Below are positions 1 through 13,457 of a stretch of 64,000 nucleotides of DNA, in pieces. This stretch comes from Lama guanicoe. Taxonomy: Eukaryota. The notes below the pieces were generated by a model that was not told the DNA's origin, ran no database searches, and saw only the letters and a program-made list of their open reading frames with translations. The position numbers and the translations under genes were made by a program. Every line of letters begins with the position of its first letter. Position 1 is the stretch's first letter. Location: NCBI GenBank assembly GCA_013239625.1, contig MU056000.1:9745175-9809174 (forward strand). The letters run 5' to 3'.

Positions 1-41
1 AGGAAGGAAGGAAGGAAGGAAGGAAGGAAGGAAGGAAGGAA

Positions 42-119
<78 letters not shown>

Positions 120-243
120 GAAAGGGGGAGGAAGGGGGGAAGGAAGAAGGAAAGAGAGAAAGGAAGGAAAGAAAAAGGAAGGAAGGAAGGGAGAAAGGAA
201 GGGGAAAAGAAGAGGAAAAAAGGGGGGAGGGAGAGAGAGAGAG
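1..243. repeat. Polypurine compound microsatellite (AGGA)n/(AAAG)n/GA-rich
   Basis: Direct reading; purine-only tract. Confidence 0.97.
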
Positions 244-885
244 ACTACTTGAACCTTCTATACTTCCTTTAAATAAGGCAACTGTTTGACAGTTCATCTG
301 GGCAGCATAAAAATAATGAGGTCGAGAAGAAAAACCAAAGGAAGGGTGATCTCAGTGCCCTGAGCGCCAGAACTCGTTTTTCTTTTCTCCATAAACCGTT
401 GAATCTGGTTGTTTTTGTGACTCCGCAGCACCCAGGTGGGCTTGGCGGTGGTGATTCCGTGTGTTTTGAACACTCCCTCTGGAGGGTGACAGGGATGACT
501 GCCTACATCCTATTAGAAACTCTAGCCTATTGTTACTTTATGGCTTATTTAAGAAGTCTGTTCAAAAAAATCAATGTCTGTGAATATTAAAGTTTAACTT
601 CTGGCTGTGAAGGCAAGATACCACACGTCTGTCTAGTGGGTGAACTTCTATGATAGTAGGGCCAGCAGATGAAAAGCCTTTGAAAAGATGGACCTTCTGG
701 AGGAAGGGTTTACATTTAAATCGTATGTACCTTTCAAAGAATGTTAGGCCAGCCTGCTTTTTTACATGGAGGTTTGTGACACGCTCCAGGGAAATGACTG
801 CAGGTTTGGGAATACTCTGCTTCCCTCTGGCCTCTCTCTCCCCCAGTACCTGCACATCCTTCCTCCATTCAAGAAACATTATTTT

Positions 886-1049
886 TCTTGTAATAACCTT
901 TAATGAAAATGAATGCATGTATACATATATATATGTATGACTGGGACATTATGCTGAACATCAGAAATAGACATATTGTAACTGACTATACTTCAATAAA
1001 AATAAATTAAAAATAAACAAACAGATAAAAAAATTTTTTTAATTAAAAA
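886..1049 (+). mobile_element. Very short 5'-truncated L1 3'-end insertion with 15-bp TSD
   Basis: L1-type tail ...tgtaactgactatacttcaataaa plus A-rich tail; aagaaacattatttt at 871-885 and 1050-1064. Confidence 0.85.
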
Positions 1050-1429
1050 AAGAAACATTATTTTACTATTTCCCCACTAGCAAAATGGAGGAGCTGTATC
1101 ATTTTTGAGTTAATATAAAAATGATATGGAAGAACATTACATCACCTTCAAGCTATACCGACATACTCACCTTCAAAACATGGTTTCCTCATTCACTCTT
1201 ATTGTACCACTTAGACCAAAGAAAATTATTAAATCACGTAGCCCACATGTATGCCCCAGTACATTTATTTGTTTGTTTTTTCCATTTTTCTCATCTGCAT
1301 TGCTAGAAAATTATATAAAAGCCTACAAGAAAAATTCTCATTGGGGTGAACATTTTAAATAGTCTCTTAAATTTAAAAGGAAATTCTCCTTTGTAATATT
1401 CTCCTATTTTTAAAATATGTACTTTTTAC

Positions 1430-1579
1430 CTGGGCAATGGTTCTGTCAGGACACCAGGCTCTAATAAGGAGAAGACGTCTGAAGCAGTCAAGAGATTTAT
1501 CATAGGCGTTTGGAAGGGGTTCCTCCTCAGGGTTTTCCTTATCAAACCAAATTTTCCACATTTTTTCATTTCTTGATAT
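1430..1579 (-). CDS. DNAH5: DNAH5 coding exon (~exon 70), 150 nt
   Basis: [50 protein letters not shown]; cag/gtaaa; the gene continues beyond the left edge. Confidence 0.96.
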
Positions 1580-3361
1580 CTGAAAATGCCAGGGGATAGG
1601 AAACGTGTCACACCACAGAAAACTCTTTTCCTAAGAGTTCACATTTTTCCTCTAACTTTCTGACCATTGCAGACATGTGTGAATGACATCCCTTGACTAT
1701 TCTTTAAAATTTTATATTCTAGTGCCAAAAGTTGGAGAGTCTAAAATCAAATGTGATTTGTTCTAAAGTCAGTCTGTGTTAACGCCAGCCTACGTCTCCC
1801 TTTCAAAGGAGGGAGAGTCCCGGGTTGTAATTTCTTCTATGCCTTTGTGGTAGCAAATTTGTAACAGAATAAAGAGATCAATAGAAATTCATTTTCATTA
1901 TTTTAAGGAAATATGATTTGCTCCAAGAGATCCCCTATGATTAAGAACCAAGTCTCGTTCACTTATGTTTCCTCATTTCCCAGGACCATTCTTGGAACAA
2001 AAGAAGATATTTAATACATGTTTGTTATTGAAGTTTTTTGGTCAATACTGTATTAATCTAGAGTAATTTGAAATATACCACTTAATATTGTCGTCAAATG
2101 AATAATCGCACTTGCTTCCTACAGGCAATTAATAAAGGGAAATAAAACACAGCCTGTTATTCTTCGGAGCTTAAAAAATCAAAGAGAAACAAGCATTATA
2201 TGGGCAAGTATCTGAAACTCATAGAATAACATCTGCAGATAAATATAATCTTATGTTCTCTGGTAGATCCCCTTTGATTAAAGCTCCAAATGTATTTTTT
2301 GAAGGTCTAATTAAAGGAAAACACATTTAGGTTCATAGTCAGAAAATATCATGTAAGAATAAAAATCACCTCTTTCAGTCATGAAAGACTATATAATGTG
2401 GATGGATTTCAGGTATAAAATATAACCTCCAGAAGAGAGCTACTTGACAGACAATGGTCCAGGAAAGATCACTCTGGCGTCATCCCCGGGGGAACAAGCT
2501 AGAATGCATTAAAATCTCCCAGGTGAAAGTTATTTAACCCAGTAGGATGGTTTGTCCCCTAACTGCATGGTAATCACCAGGATTAAGCCGAAACATAAAA
2601 ATATAGCAGAACTTAATCTTACAGTCAACTTAGAGTAGAAAAGTCAAGAACCAGCCCTAGGATGTTTTTTGGTCAAAAAAAGCCTTCAACTTGCAGCTAA
2701 GAAAGCCACCTTGCTGGTCCATGTGACTTCTCTCTGGTCACCAGATTTTCAAGAACCTGTTTCCTGGCTTGTCCCAATTTAGTTTTCTATACTCAACTTC
2801 CATGATACCAATAGACACACAATTCATCAAGAACTGGCTGTTCTGAAAGGACAGCTCCTGAAGATAAAAGGCCAAATGGCTGTGTTAGAGTCACACCCAG
2901 ATGCCTAGCTAGGGCAGTATAATGAGGAGCCAGAGAAAAGGAGGAGAGAGAGAGGAACAAGACGCAAGAAAGAAAGGATATTTAGCATTAAGACACAGGA
3001 TGTTCATATTTCTGTTCATTTAATCTCTAGAAAGAAGGCAAAACCTCTTGAGCATATCTCATCATGTAACCTAACTGAATCTGTCAGTGTTCCCACTTGT
3101 GGATCTCAAATTGGTGAAACTGACATATGGCCCAGGTCAGCACTGGTTAAACTTCCTGGGCAAATAACATCTTCCTGTGAGGCCAGTGGGCCACGGGTGG
3201 AGTCTGCTTTATCAGAGCATGAGTGGGCTGTAAAGAAGGCCAGGCACTGGTCCTACCATTGTGTGAGTAACCATAGCAAGAAATCTCTCTCTCCCACAAG
3301 TAATGTAGCCACTGATAAATCACTGTGACATTATCATAAGTTTATTCAAAGCATAAGGTAC

Positions 3362-3483
3362 CTGATCAAGGACATCTGAAAACTGTCTAAGTTTGCTGAG
3401 TTCCACCAAATTCAGCCAGGTCATGTCCAGGATCCATTTGGACGGTTTAGGAGGACAGGCTTTCAAGTCCAACGAGGCACCAC
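3362..3483 (-). CDS. DNAH5: DNAH5 coding exon (~exon 69), 122 nt, identical copy B
   Basis: Identical to 6244-6365 at offset 2882, with the same splice sites; in frame only if used instead of copy A. Confidence 0.85.
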
Positions 3484-3719
3484 CTTTCAAGTGAAACATC
3501 TAAAATTATTACATTTTTCCTTCTTTACTGTAAAATCGTTTCTTTATAAAAAAAAACTTTTGCTGAAACTATTTTAATTTCAATTATTTTACCATCTTGA
3601 CATTTATTAAACTCAGAAACATGAATCATAGTGACGAACAAGCTTTAAAATGTAATACAGAAATACATGGTTTTAGGGGAAAAAAAATTTAAGAATCAAT
3701 AATATAGGTTTGGATCCAG

Positions 3720-3925
3720 ACAAGTGCTGGATTCTATCTTAGCTCCACCTGGCCACGGTCCAGGACAAGCTCATCTGTCTGGGCCTCAGTTTCCAAATAT
3801 GTACAATGGGAATAATGAAGCCTGGGTGTCTGAAAACAGCAGAATGATAGAAAATATATGTGTAAGGCACTCAAAACGGGATCAAGGACAAAGCAGAGGG
3901 TCGCTAAATGAGCAGCTACTGTCAG
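3720..3925 (+). mobile_element. MIR-like SINE relic (duplicated at ~6602-6807)
   Basis: tctgggcctcagtttcc...tgtacaatgggaataat core resembles MIR. Confidence 0.6.
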
Positions 3926-6243
3926 CATTAAGAATTGCCGAATGTTGACATAAGCTCATTTTAAGGAGATAATTTACCTAGAAATGTTAGTAGCACTACC
4001 TGTGTTTGAAGGGTTCTCCCCTACAAATCAGTGTATCATTTACATCATTTTGAGCATACCCAAGGGCCCCGTGTTATGGCACTTATTTTTGGTCAGTCTA
4101 ACCACAGCAAACATTTCCACTGGGTACCGACTCCTACCTTTTTCCTGATGATATACCCAAGCTCATGTAACTCCCATAACTCTCACAACACTATAAAATA
4201 AATGACACCTTAAAATGTTGTTGCTGCCCATCTCAGAAAAATCATATTTTAAGTCAAGGAAAGAGTTAGCAAGTCTTCTATAGGATGAAATACGCTATTT
4301 AATAAATAACATCTATTAAAATGTTTCACAGAAAATATGCTCTAAGCATAATTCATAAAAGGATGTAACCAATCCATTTGGCTACACTATTTTTTGGAAC
4401 AGAGCAGGTCATAAACAAATGATAATGCTCAAGATATTTATCGAGCCAATCTCTACTTTATTTAGGTACCATGGACCCCACTAAATTGCTGTCTTTTGCC
4501 AAATCTATCTTAGTATACTTCCAAGGTAAGCGGAACAAAAGGTAAGGGAAGACATTTCAATGAAAATATTAACTCATAAAATCAAAACAGATTGCCTGAA
4601 CACCAGGGAGCAGTTAAAGACAATGGCACTGTGTTGAAAAATGTCACACCAATTTCCAAGGAAACTGCCCAATACGTCTCCCTTTCAAAGGAGGGAGAGT
4701 CCCGGGTTGTAATTTCTTCTATGCCTTTGTGGTAGCAAATTTGTAACAGAATAAAGAGATCAATAGAAATTCATTTTCATTATTTTAAGGAAATATGATT
4801 TGCTCCAAGAGATCCCCTATGATTAAGAACCAAGTCTCGTTCACTTATGTTTCCTCATTTCCCAGGACCATTCTTGGAACAAAAGAAGATATTTAATACA
4901 TGTTTGTTATTGAAGTTTTTTGGTCAATACTGTATTAATCTAGAGTAATTTGAAATATACCACTTAATATTGTCGTCAAATGAATAATCGCACTTGCTTC
5001 CTACAGGCAATTAATAAAGGGAAATAAAACACAGCCTGTTATTCTTCGGAGCTTAAAAAATCAAAGAGAAACAAGCATTATATGGGCAAGTATCTGAAAC
5101 TCATAGAATAACATCTGCAGATAAATATAATCTTATGTTCTCTGGTAGATCCCCTTTGATTAAAGCTCCAAATGTATTTTTTGAAGGTCTAATTAAAGGA
5201 AAACACATTTAGGTTCATAGTCAGAAAATATCATGTAAGAATAAAAATCACCTCTTTCAGTCATGAAAGACTATATAATGTGGATGGATTTCAGGTATAA
5301 AATATAACCTCCAGAAGAGAGCTACTTGACAGACAATGGTCCAGGAAAGATCACTCTGGCGTCATCCCCGGGGGAACAAGCTAGAATGCATTAAAATCTC
5401 CCAGGTGAAAGTTATTTAACCCAGTAGGATGGTTTGTCCCCTAACTGCATGGTAATCACCAGGATTAAGCCGAAACATAAAAATATAGCAGAACTTAATC
5501 TTACAGTCAACTTAGAGTAGAAAAGTCAAGAACCAGCCCTAGGATGTTTTTTGGTCAAAAAAAGCCTTCAACTTGCAGCTAAGAAAGCCACCTTGCTGGT
5601 CCATGTGACTTCTCTCTGGTCACCAGATTTTCAAGAACCTGTTTCCTGGCTTGTCCCAATTTAGTTTTCTATACTCAACTTCCATGATACCAATAGACAC
5701 ACAATTCATCAAGAACTGGCTGTTCTGAAAGGACAGCTCCTGAAGATAAAAGGCCAAATGGCTGTGTTAGAGTCACACCCAGATGCCTAGCTAGGGCAGT
5801 ATAATGAGGAGCCAGAGAAAAGGAGGAGAGAGAGAGGAACAAGACGCAAGAAAGAAAGGATATTTAGCATTAAGACACAGGATGTTCATATTTCTGTTCA
5901 TTTAATCTCTAGAAAGAAGGCAAAACCTCTTGAGCATATCTCATCATGTAACCTAACTGAATCTGTCAGTGTTCCCACTTGTGGATCTCAAATTGGTGAA
6001 ACTGACATATGGCCCAGGTCAGCACTGGTTAAACTTCCTGGGCAAATAACATCTTCCTGTGAGGCCAGTGGGCCACGGGTGGAGTCTGCTTTATCAGAGC
6101 ATGAGTGGGCTGTAAAGAAGGCCAGGCACTGGTCCTACCATTGTGTGAGTAACCATAGCAAGAAATCTCTCTCTCCCACAAGTAATGTAGCCACTGATAA
6201 ATCACTGTGACATTATCATAAGTTTATTCAAAGCATAAGGTAC

Positions 6244-6365
6244 CTGATCAAGGACATCTGAAAACTGTCTAAGTTTGCTGAGTTCCACCAAATTCAGCCA
6301 GGTCATGTCCAGGATCCATTTGGACGGTTTAGGAGGACAGGCTTTCAAGTCCAACGAGGCACCAC
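6244..6365 (-). CDS. DNAH5: DNAH5 coding exon (~exon 69), 122 nt, copy A (first in transcript order)
   Basis: (G)[40 protein letters not shown]; aag acceptor, gtacct donor; phase 1 to 0. Confidence 0.93.
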
Positions 6366-9142
6366 CTTTCAAGTGAAACATCTAAAATTATTACATTTTT
6401 CCTTCTTTACTGTAAAATCGTTTCTTTATAAAAAAAAACTTTTGCTGAAACTATTTTAATTTCAATTATTTTACCATCTTGACATTTATTAAACTCAGAA
6501 ACATGAATCATAGTGACGAACAAGCTTTAAAATGTAATACAGAAATACATGGTTTTAGGGGAAAAAAAATTTAAGAATCAATAATATAGGTTTGGATCCA
6601 GACAAGTGCTGGATTCTATCTTAGCTCCACCTGGCCACGGTCCAGGACAAGCTCATCTGTCTGGGCCTCAGTTTCCAAATATGTACAATGGGAATAATGA
6701 AGCCTGGGTGTCTGAAAACAGCAGAATGATAGAAAATATATGTGTAAGGCACTCAAAACGGGATCAAGGACAAAGCAGAGGGTCGCTAAATGAGCAGCTA
6801 CTGTCAGCATTAAGAATTGCCGAATGTTGACATAAGCTCATTTTAAGGAGATAATTTACCTAGAAATGTTAGTAGCACTACCTGTGTTTGAAGGGTTCTC
6901 CCCTACAAATCAGTGTATCATTTACATCATTTTGAGCATACCCAAGGGCCCCGTGTTATGGCACTTATTTTTGGTCAGTCTAACCACAGCAAACATTTCC
7001 ACTGGGTACCGACTCCTACCTTTTTCCTGATGATATACCCAAGCTCATGTAACTCCCATAACTCTCACAACACTATAAAATAAATGACACCTTAAAATGT
7101 TGTTGCTGCCCATCTCAGAAAAATCATATTTTAAGTCAAGGAAAGAGTTAGCAAGTCTTCTATAGGATGAAATACGCTATTTAATAAATAACATCTATTA
7201 AAATGTTTCACAGAAAATATGCTCTAAGCATAATTCATAAAAGGATGTAACCAATCCATTTGGCTACACTATTTTTTGGAACAGAGCAGGTCATAAACAA
7301 ATGATAATGCTCAAGATATTTATCGAGCCAATCTCTACTTTATTTAGGTACCATGGACCCCACTAAATTGCTGTCTTTTGCCAAATCTATCTTAGTATAC
7401 TTCCAAGGTAAGCGGAACAAAAGGTAAGGGAAGACATTTCAATGAAAATATTAACTCATAAAATCAAAACAGATTGCCTGAACACCAGGGAGCAGTTAAA
7501 GACAATGGCACTGTGCTGAAAAATGTCACACCAATTTCCAAGGAAACTGCCCATTTTCTGACCAACTGAAAAGAATAAGGTATTCGCCACAGAGTTAGGG
7601 AAAAGCTATTCATGGGAAAGAAAGGATGTTCCTTGCAGCCAAAGCATTATTCATTACTTAGTAGAGGGTAACGAGGTCATGAATATCTTGTCTGCCTCAA
7701 AAGTATACAATGGGCCACAAAGACTACTGTAATGGGCGGGAGGAGGAGGAGGGACATATTCCTGGATAATATGACACCAGATTAGATGGACTCCTGCTGA
7801 ATGAACAGCTGGGATGGGAATAATTCAAAATAAATTATCAAGATGATTGAGAATTATGCCAGTCCCTTCAAACCCTCAAACCCTCACTTTGGGGAAAAGT
7901 AGATTTAAATCTTTATCATAATTCTTTGTAAAAATGATACATGCTTTTAATGAAAGATTTATACAAGTTATACCATGCAATCATAGAGCGGCATAGCTAA
8001 GACAGATTTAGAAAGTCATCTAAGCTCATCCTTTCCCATCCAGAGATGAGTAAATTAATTGAGACCAGTATCTAAACACTGTTGCTAGCTAAATAACATT
8101 TTCAAACAAGTGATTTTAAAGTCCCTACGGAGGGATCATGCCATTGGGCAGCTCTCATCAGCATAATTAGCAGAAGGAAATCTTAGGAAACTGTGTCTTA
8201 AAGCAGTACAAAAACCAGCTGTTGAATGCCAAAGGCCCACAAAAACCGGTCCAACCCATGCAAGCCTCAGACCAAGCAAAATAAACTAAAAAACTAAAGC
8301 TGATATAATCTGTCACTTGCTGACCATATTCTATCTGCCAGGGTTTGTATAAGTTGTGTGAATTCTCAATAATCCTATTACGTAGATTTGACTACCCTTG
8401 TTGTACAGCGGAGGCAACTGAAGCTCGAGAAGGCTGTCACCTGCTTAAGACTGTTCATCCAGAAAGTGGCAAAGCCGCTCTTTTCCCTTCAAGTCTTCCT
8501 AAGCCTTAATCCCATGTTTGATATCATCATGCCAAACTGTAACATGATTTAGTTATTTCAACCAGTCCAGGACGCTATGTCCAATGTCATTTCCATGGGG
8601 AGATGGCTCCCATGCCTGAATTGAGGAGGTCAGGCACAGCTTTCCCGTGGGAAGCCCCACCAGCTGGAGGACCAGACCCACTGAGGCCAGGAATTAGTGA
8701 TGTATGAAGACTCACTGAAGGGAGAAAGCAACCCCTACACCTGCATGTCTATCTAAGGGGATGTCTCTCCAGACCATTTATCTTCCCTGTGCTCTGATTT
8801 AGGAAACTGGGAAAATAAAGAAACCTAAGGAGCAAAGATTTGAGGGCTGAAAACAAAGAATAGAGAAAGAAATCAGCCACAGATCATATATTTCTAAATT
8901 TTCAAGTGTAACTGAATGAGTCTTTGTTGCTGCTATAAGATATATATATATGCACAGGCCTATGTATATGAACATGAATATGTGTAAGTAGGACTCCGAC
9001 CTACACACCCGCCACGTATGCCCCTCCCTTCTGCCCCGACCGGGGTCCTCTTCAAGTTCCTCTGCAAACTACTCTCCAAGTGAAGTCGTGAAAATCCACC
9101 CCCCTCTGAAGATAAAGTTGTGTCTTATCTTTAAAGATAGAC

Positions 9143-9303
9143 CTGGAACTCTATTCAATTTCTTGTAATAACATATAATGGAAAGAATCTGAAAAGAAAA
9201 AAATATATATATATGCATGTATATGTATAACTAAATCAATCGGCTATACACTTGAAAGAAATACTGTAAATCAACTATACTTCAATAAAAGTTTTTAAAA
9301 AAG
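9143..9303 (+). mobile_element. Short L1 3'-end insertion
   Basis: actctattcaatttcttgtaataac...gtaaatcaactatacttcaataaa plus A tail; aaagata on both flanks. Confidence 0.75.
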
Positions 9304-10053
9304 AAAGATACAGTATATAAAACCGTTTCAATCCCAGCATCACTTCCACGGTTATTTTAAATAGTTTTTTGCCCAGACTTTCAAGAATGTGTTAGCAAAT
9401 GTAGGTTTCCCAGCCTTCCACAGGGCTGTCTTGTTCCAGTGGCACAGGGGACCCGTCTGTGAGTGACGTCACAACAGGTACAAAGGAAACATTCAGGGCA
9501 TGCGCGGCACGGTCACCTTACCCGCTCTGCTCCAGCCCCCCCTGGTTGCCTGGCTTTGCCTCCATCACACCAGGCTCTGAGCCCCTGATGCCATCTCCTC
9601 ATCCTTCAAACTTCCTCTAAATGCCCCAGGACCCGCATCCCCTGCTCCTTCAGGCCATGGTTCACCTGTCCATGTCTTGGGAGTCCTACCCAACTAGAGA
9701 TCCCACTAAATATCTCATTTAAAATGTTAAACCTCCCCCTTGCACACACCCTGTAACGCTCCCCCATCTCCCTTTCTCTGTTTTTTCCCATAGTGCTTAC
9801 CACTTTCTCACACACTACACAATTTACTATTGTTTGTTATCTGTCCCAAGTACCTATTCCGTGTGCCAGCACACAGTATGTTTTCAATAAATATTCATGC
9901 ACTAAATGGACAAATAAAAGATCTCACATAAATGCGATCTTCAATGAGATGCAAGGAAAACTGCAATTGCCAAAAAAAAAAAAACTGCACAGGACCTTCA
10001 CAATGATTCCTACATCTGCACCTGTGCACAGCGCTTCCTGTTCTTATACTGAC

Positions 10054-10244
10054 CTTTAATAAGGATGAGAAACTCTTCGTGCTTGACTTGGTTCCTCTGG
10101 ATGTCAATCTTCAGGGTAAGCAGCAAGGTGAAGAGGAATTTGTGCTCCTCGTACAATCCCCGGGCTGTGTACTTGTAAACCTCGTAGGTCATGTGTTCGA
10201 TAATATTAGTGATCCTCTTGCTTGTGATTGGGCTCTTGACAGAC
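10054..10244 (-). CDS. DNAH5: DNAH5 coding exon (~exon 68), 191 nt
   Basis: [63 protein letters not shown]; cag/gtcag; ends in phase 1. Confidence 0.96.
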
Positions 10245-10738
10245 CTGGAGAACAGAACACTTCAATCAGGCTTATCCCATCGCCCTTTTCAATTGTCCCT
10301 AAAAACAACATCTTTAACGTAAAACAAGTAACTCTGGAGGACCAATTCTTACTTTTTACACATCTAGAGTAAGCCTCCTAAATCTAAAATAACAAGCATT
10401 TTCTCAACGTGAACTAACGTAACAGAATCCTCCACGTTTTTGTCTGAATCAATTTTATCCACAGGGCATTATCACTCACAACGTCTTGGTAATTTTCTTG
10501 TTTAGCAGAAAGAGGGCAAACCAAAGGAATCAATCAATCAATGAATAGTTGGTAGAGCTTTCTCTGAGCATAAAATGACAAATGAGAATGATTTGTTAAC
10601 ACACAGGCAATTATGCTCATCTGATATTAAAAAAAAAAAAGAATCTTAGTAGCAAAGGGAAAAGATGTTATCAATGTAATGTCATCATCCTAGCCCACAG
10701 ATAAAGAATTCAGCTTGGCTTCCTGAGCACAGATGTAC

Positions 10739-10853
10739 CTGGCTAAGGAAAGGTCAAACAAGCCAAGAAACTGGCGGAGCGAAGTCTGATACATCTCATT
10801 AATCAAGCGCATCTCCGTGATGAGGAAGTAGAGAATGCTGCCTCGTGTAGCAA
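10739..10853 (-). CDS. DNAH5: DNAH5 coding exon (~exon 67), 115 nt
   Basis: (V)[37 protein letters not shown](R); cag/gtac. Confidence 0.96.
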
Positions 10854-11849
10854 CTGAAAAGACAAAGAGCAAGATTGCGGTCACTACGAGGGTGGAAAAT
10901 AAATGACCTGTGCACAGAGCAGTCTGAAGCCTAAATGAAAACAAGTTTTATTTTTATGTCTTTTCAATGACCGTCTACCAGCAATGAGAGTCGAGAGCGA
11001 CGTTCATCATATATATTTAATTCTTCTTTATAAGCTTGGGACAGGGAGTCTGCTATTTGTGTTCATTAAATGATACTTTCCTTTTCAGAATCTCTAGATC
11101 CCTTATAAATATATTTTATTACATTTTTTCATAGATAGAAAAGACAACCAATGGGATAGCACAGGTTATAACACCCAGCAGACTGTGTGTGTAGGCGTTG
11201 TAAGGACCTCCTTCTTACGCTCCATGAAGAAGCCCTGAATAACCTTGGCCTCAAGTTGGCAAATCAAGGTATCGTAAATATGACGCCCTTGACTCTCCAC
11301 TAGCAGATATTGTTTTGATTATTTTTCCAGGAGGAATGATAAATTACTAAAAGAAACTGAAGTCTTTTAGCAGGCTCCTTTTGTAACCCACAAACAATAA
11401 CGATTTGCTAATTGGTAGATAAGGCTGACGAGTTCCCATGAGAGCAGAGAACTAATACAAGACTACAATCAAAACATACAGGCTTGTGGTTACCAAATGA
11501 TAAACTAGTGAACAGCCCACAAATGCAGCATGGGTTCCTCAACTTCACTAGTTTGTAGTTGGATATCCTTTAAAAATGCTCCTCTTTAATTTCTAGTTTA
11601 AAAACAAGTCCACAGGAACCTTAAAGAACTTGTCAACTAACATGAATTATAAAGACCTAGAAAATCTGCACCATCAAAAAATGTCTTCATCTCACTTTTA
11701 CTGAACATTTCCCAAAGAAATGCGACAAAACAAACAGCCACTTCACTTTGCATCATCATTTACATAACATCCTTCCTTACTTCAATTCCTCTAATTCTCA
11801 TTTCTCGCTTCATTTTCCTGCGACATTTGTCTTTCATTACCAAACTCAC

Positions 11850-12093
11850 CAGGTCTGTATTCCTCCCGGGCTGAGTTAATTTGAATTTCTGTCTCGGCCG
11901 AAATTTCCAGCTTTTGTGTCACCTCCTCGGCTGTCTTTTTTGTGTTACTTAGCACAACGATGAGATTCTCATCTTCCACCAGGGACCCCTGGGTACTCGT
12001 CAGCCGGTAAAGCAAATTATCTTCGAGCTCCTTCATCTTCCTTTTGTTTGCAGTTACGTCTTCCATGAGACGAGTTCTTTCTTTCTCCAGTTC
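11850..12093 (-). CDS. DNAH5: DNAH5 coding exon (~exon 66), 244 nt, strut/buttress region
   Basis: [81 protein letters not shown]; cag/gtgag. Confidence 0.96.
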
Positions 12094-13457
12094 CTGTCAA
12101 TTTGCATAAATATATTTTCCTCCTTAATTAACAACTATTGTTTGGCCATTTCTTGAAAAGTTAACCTATGGAGCTACTCTCAAGCTTCTGTACTGTAGTC
12201 ACCATATTTGACTGAGGGAAATACGGACACCAAAATAAGAGGAGGAGAATTAATGGAGGAAAAAATTAGTGGCAAACAATGCAAAATTTGCTAAAAAAAA
12301 AAAAAATTACCAATATCCCCTTTACTATCTATTTATTTCCTGAAGTCAAATCATTTTTAAGTGACTTTTGTGATTATATTTACTCTTGTTTTGAAACTGA
12401 AATATATTTGAAGACAAGTATATATGTCTTGGATTAAATACATTTACCCCTATTTGATTTCTGCTGTTGTTTGAATGTGATTATTTTCAACTTGCTTGTT
12501 GAAATAGTACCCAATTCCGTGACAAGCAAGTGTCCAAAAAGTTAGGCAAGCAAACTATGCTGCTACTGCAGGTACATTTAAATTGAAAAATCATCTTGAC
12601 CTGCAAAGACGCTGTTCTCACCAAGAGAAGTGAAGCTCTGACTCTTTCCTGCAAGACCTTTATGGATAACTGGGGAGAGAATGGCTTTGGAAGATTATTG
12701 TTATTACTGGCCACTTCTTCTCCTTGGTAGTTTGGAGAGGGGGAGACAGTGAAAGAGAAGGAAAGAAACGATGGGGCTGGTGAGGGTGGGGGAAGGAAGA
12801 AATGGCCGTGACACTGAACAAGCCAAAGGCAGCAGGAAGCCCAGAGGCTGGGAGACAACAAAGAAAATATGCTTCTGGCACCAAGTCAAATTGTGCATTC
12901 ATGAGTCACATTGTTTTATAAGAGACTTGAAGTTCATAAAAGAATTAAAAAAGGAAAAGGCAATGAGTAAATAGTATTTAAAATTTTGAAGAGAAAGGCA
13001 GGCATTAGTGGGTAGTTCCTACTGGGCAGCTGCCTGCGCACGTGGTACCAAGCTCACGTGGCGAGAGTAGCTTCAGAAAGATAAATCTCAATCAGGTATT
13101 CTGGATATGGCTCAGCAGGTTTTGTAGATCCGACTCCCTACTGAGAAAACTAGAAATCTAAAGTTAAATGCAGTGATGAATCATATGAAATAACGTAAGA
13201 CATAAGAGGACTACTCATTGATTGCAATGATTATTTACTTACTTTCTAACATAAGACATAATTAAATAATTACACTCCAAGGATTTTGGAGTTCACTGAC
13301 ACATTCTCCAACTCTTAGCAGAACGCCTCATACGTAGTAGGCTCTCCATTAATACTGTGGAGTGAACGATTAAAGGCTATACCCATTCTCAAACTGATAA
13401 ACTGAAACCTATGGTGAACTCAAAAATCTAGTCATGTCTTAATGCCGGAAATACAAA

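Larger units (their letters stand above)
1791..7553. repeat. Direct tandem duplication of a 2,881-bp segment (1791-4671 and 4673-7553)
   Basis: Constant offset 2882; duplicated ORF pairs in the track (3724/6606, 3734/6616); single extra A at 4672; one mismatch seen (T4634 vs C7516). Confidence 0.98.

Noticed and set aside
3724..6830. Two identical 74-aa ORFs (and 64-aa antisense ORFs) suggesting a duplicated small gene
   Set aside because: They overlap a MIR-like relic, the 74-aa frame starts at GTG, and their identity simply reflects the tandem duplication.
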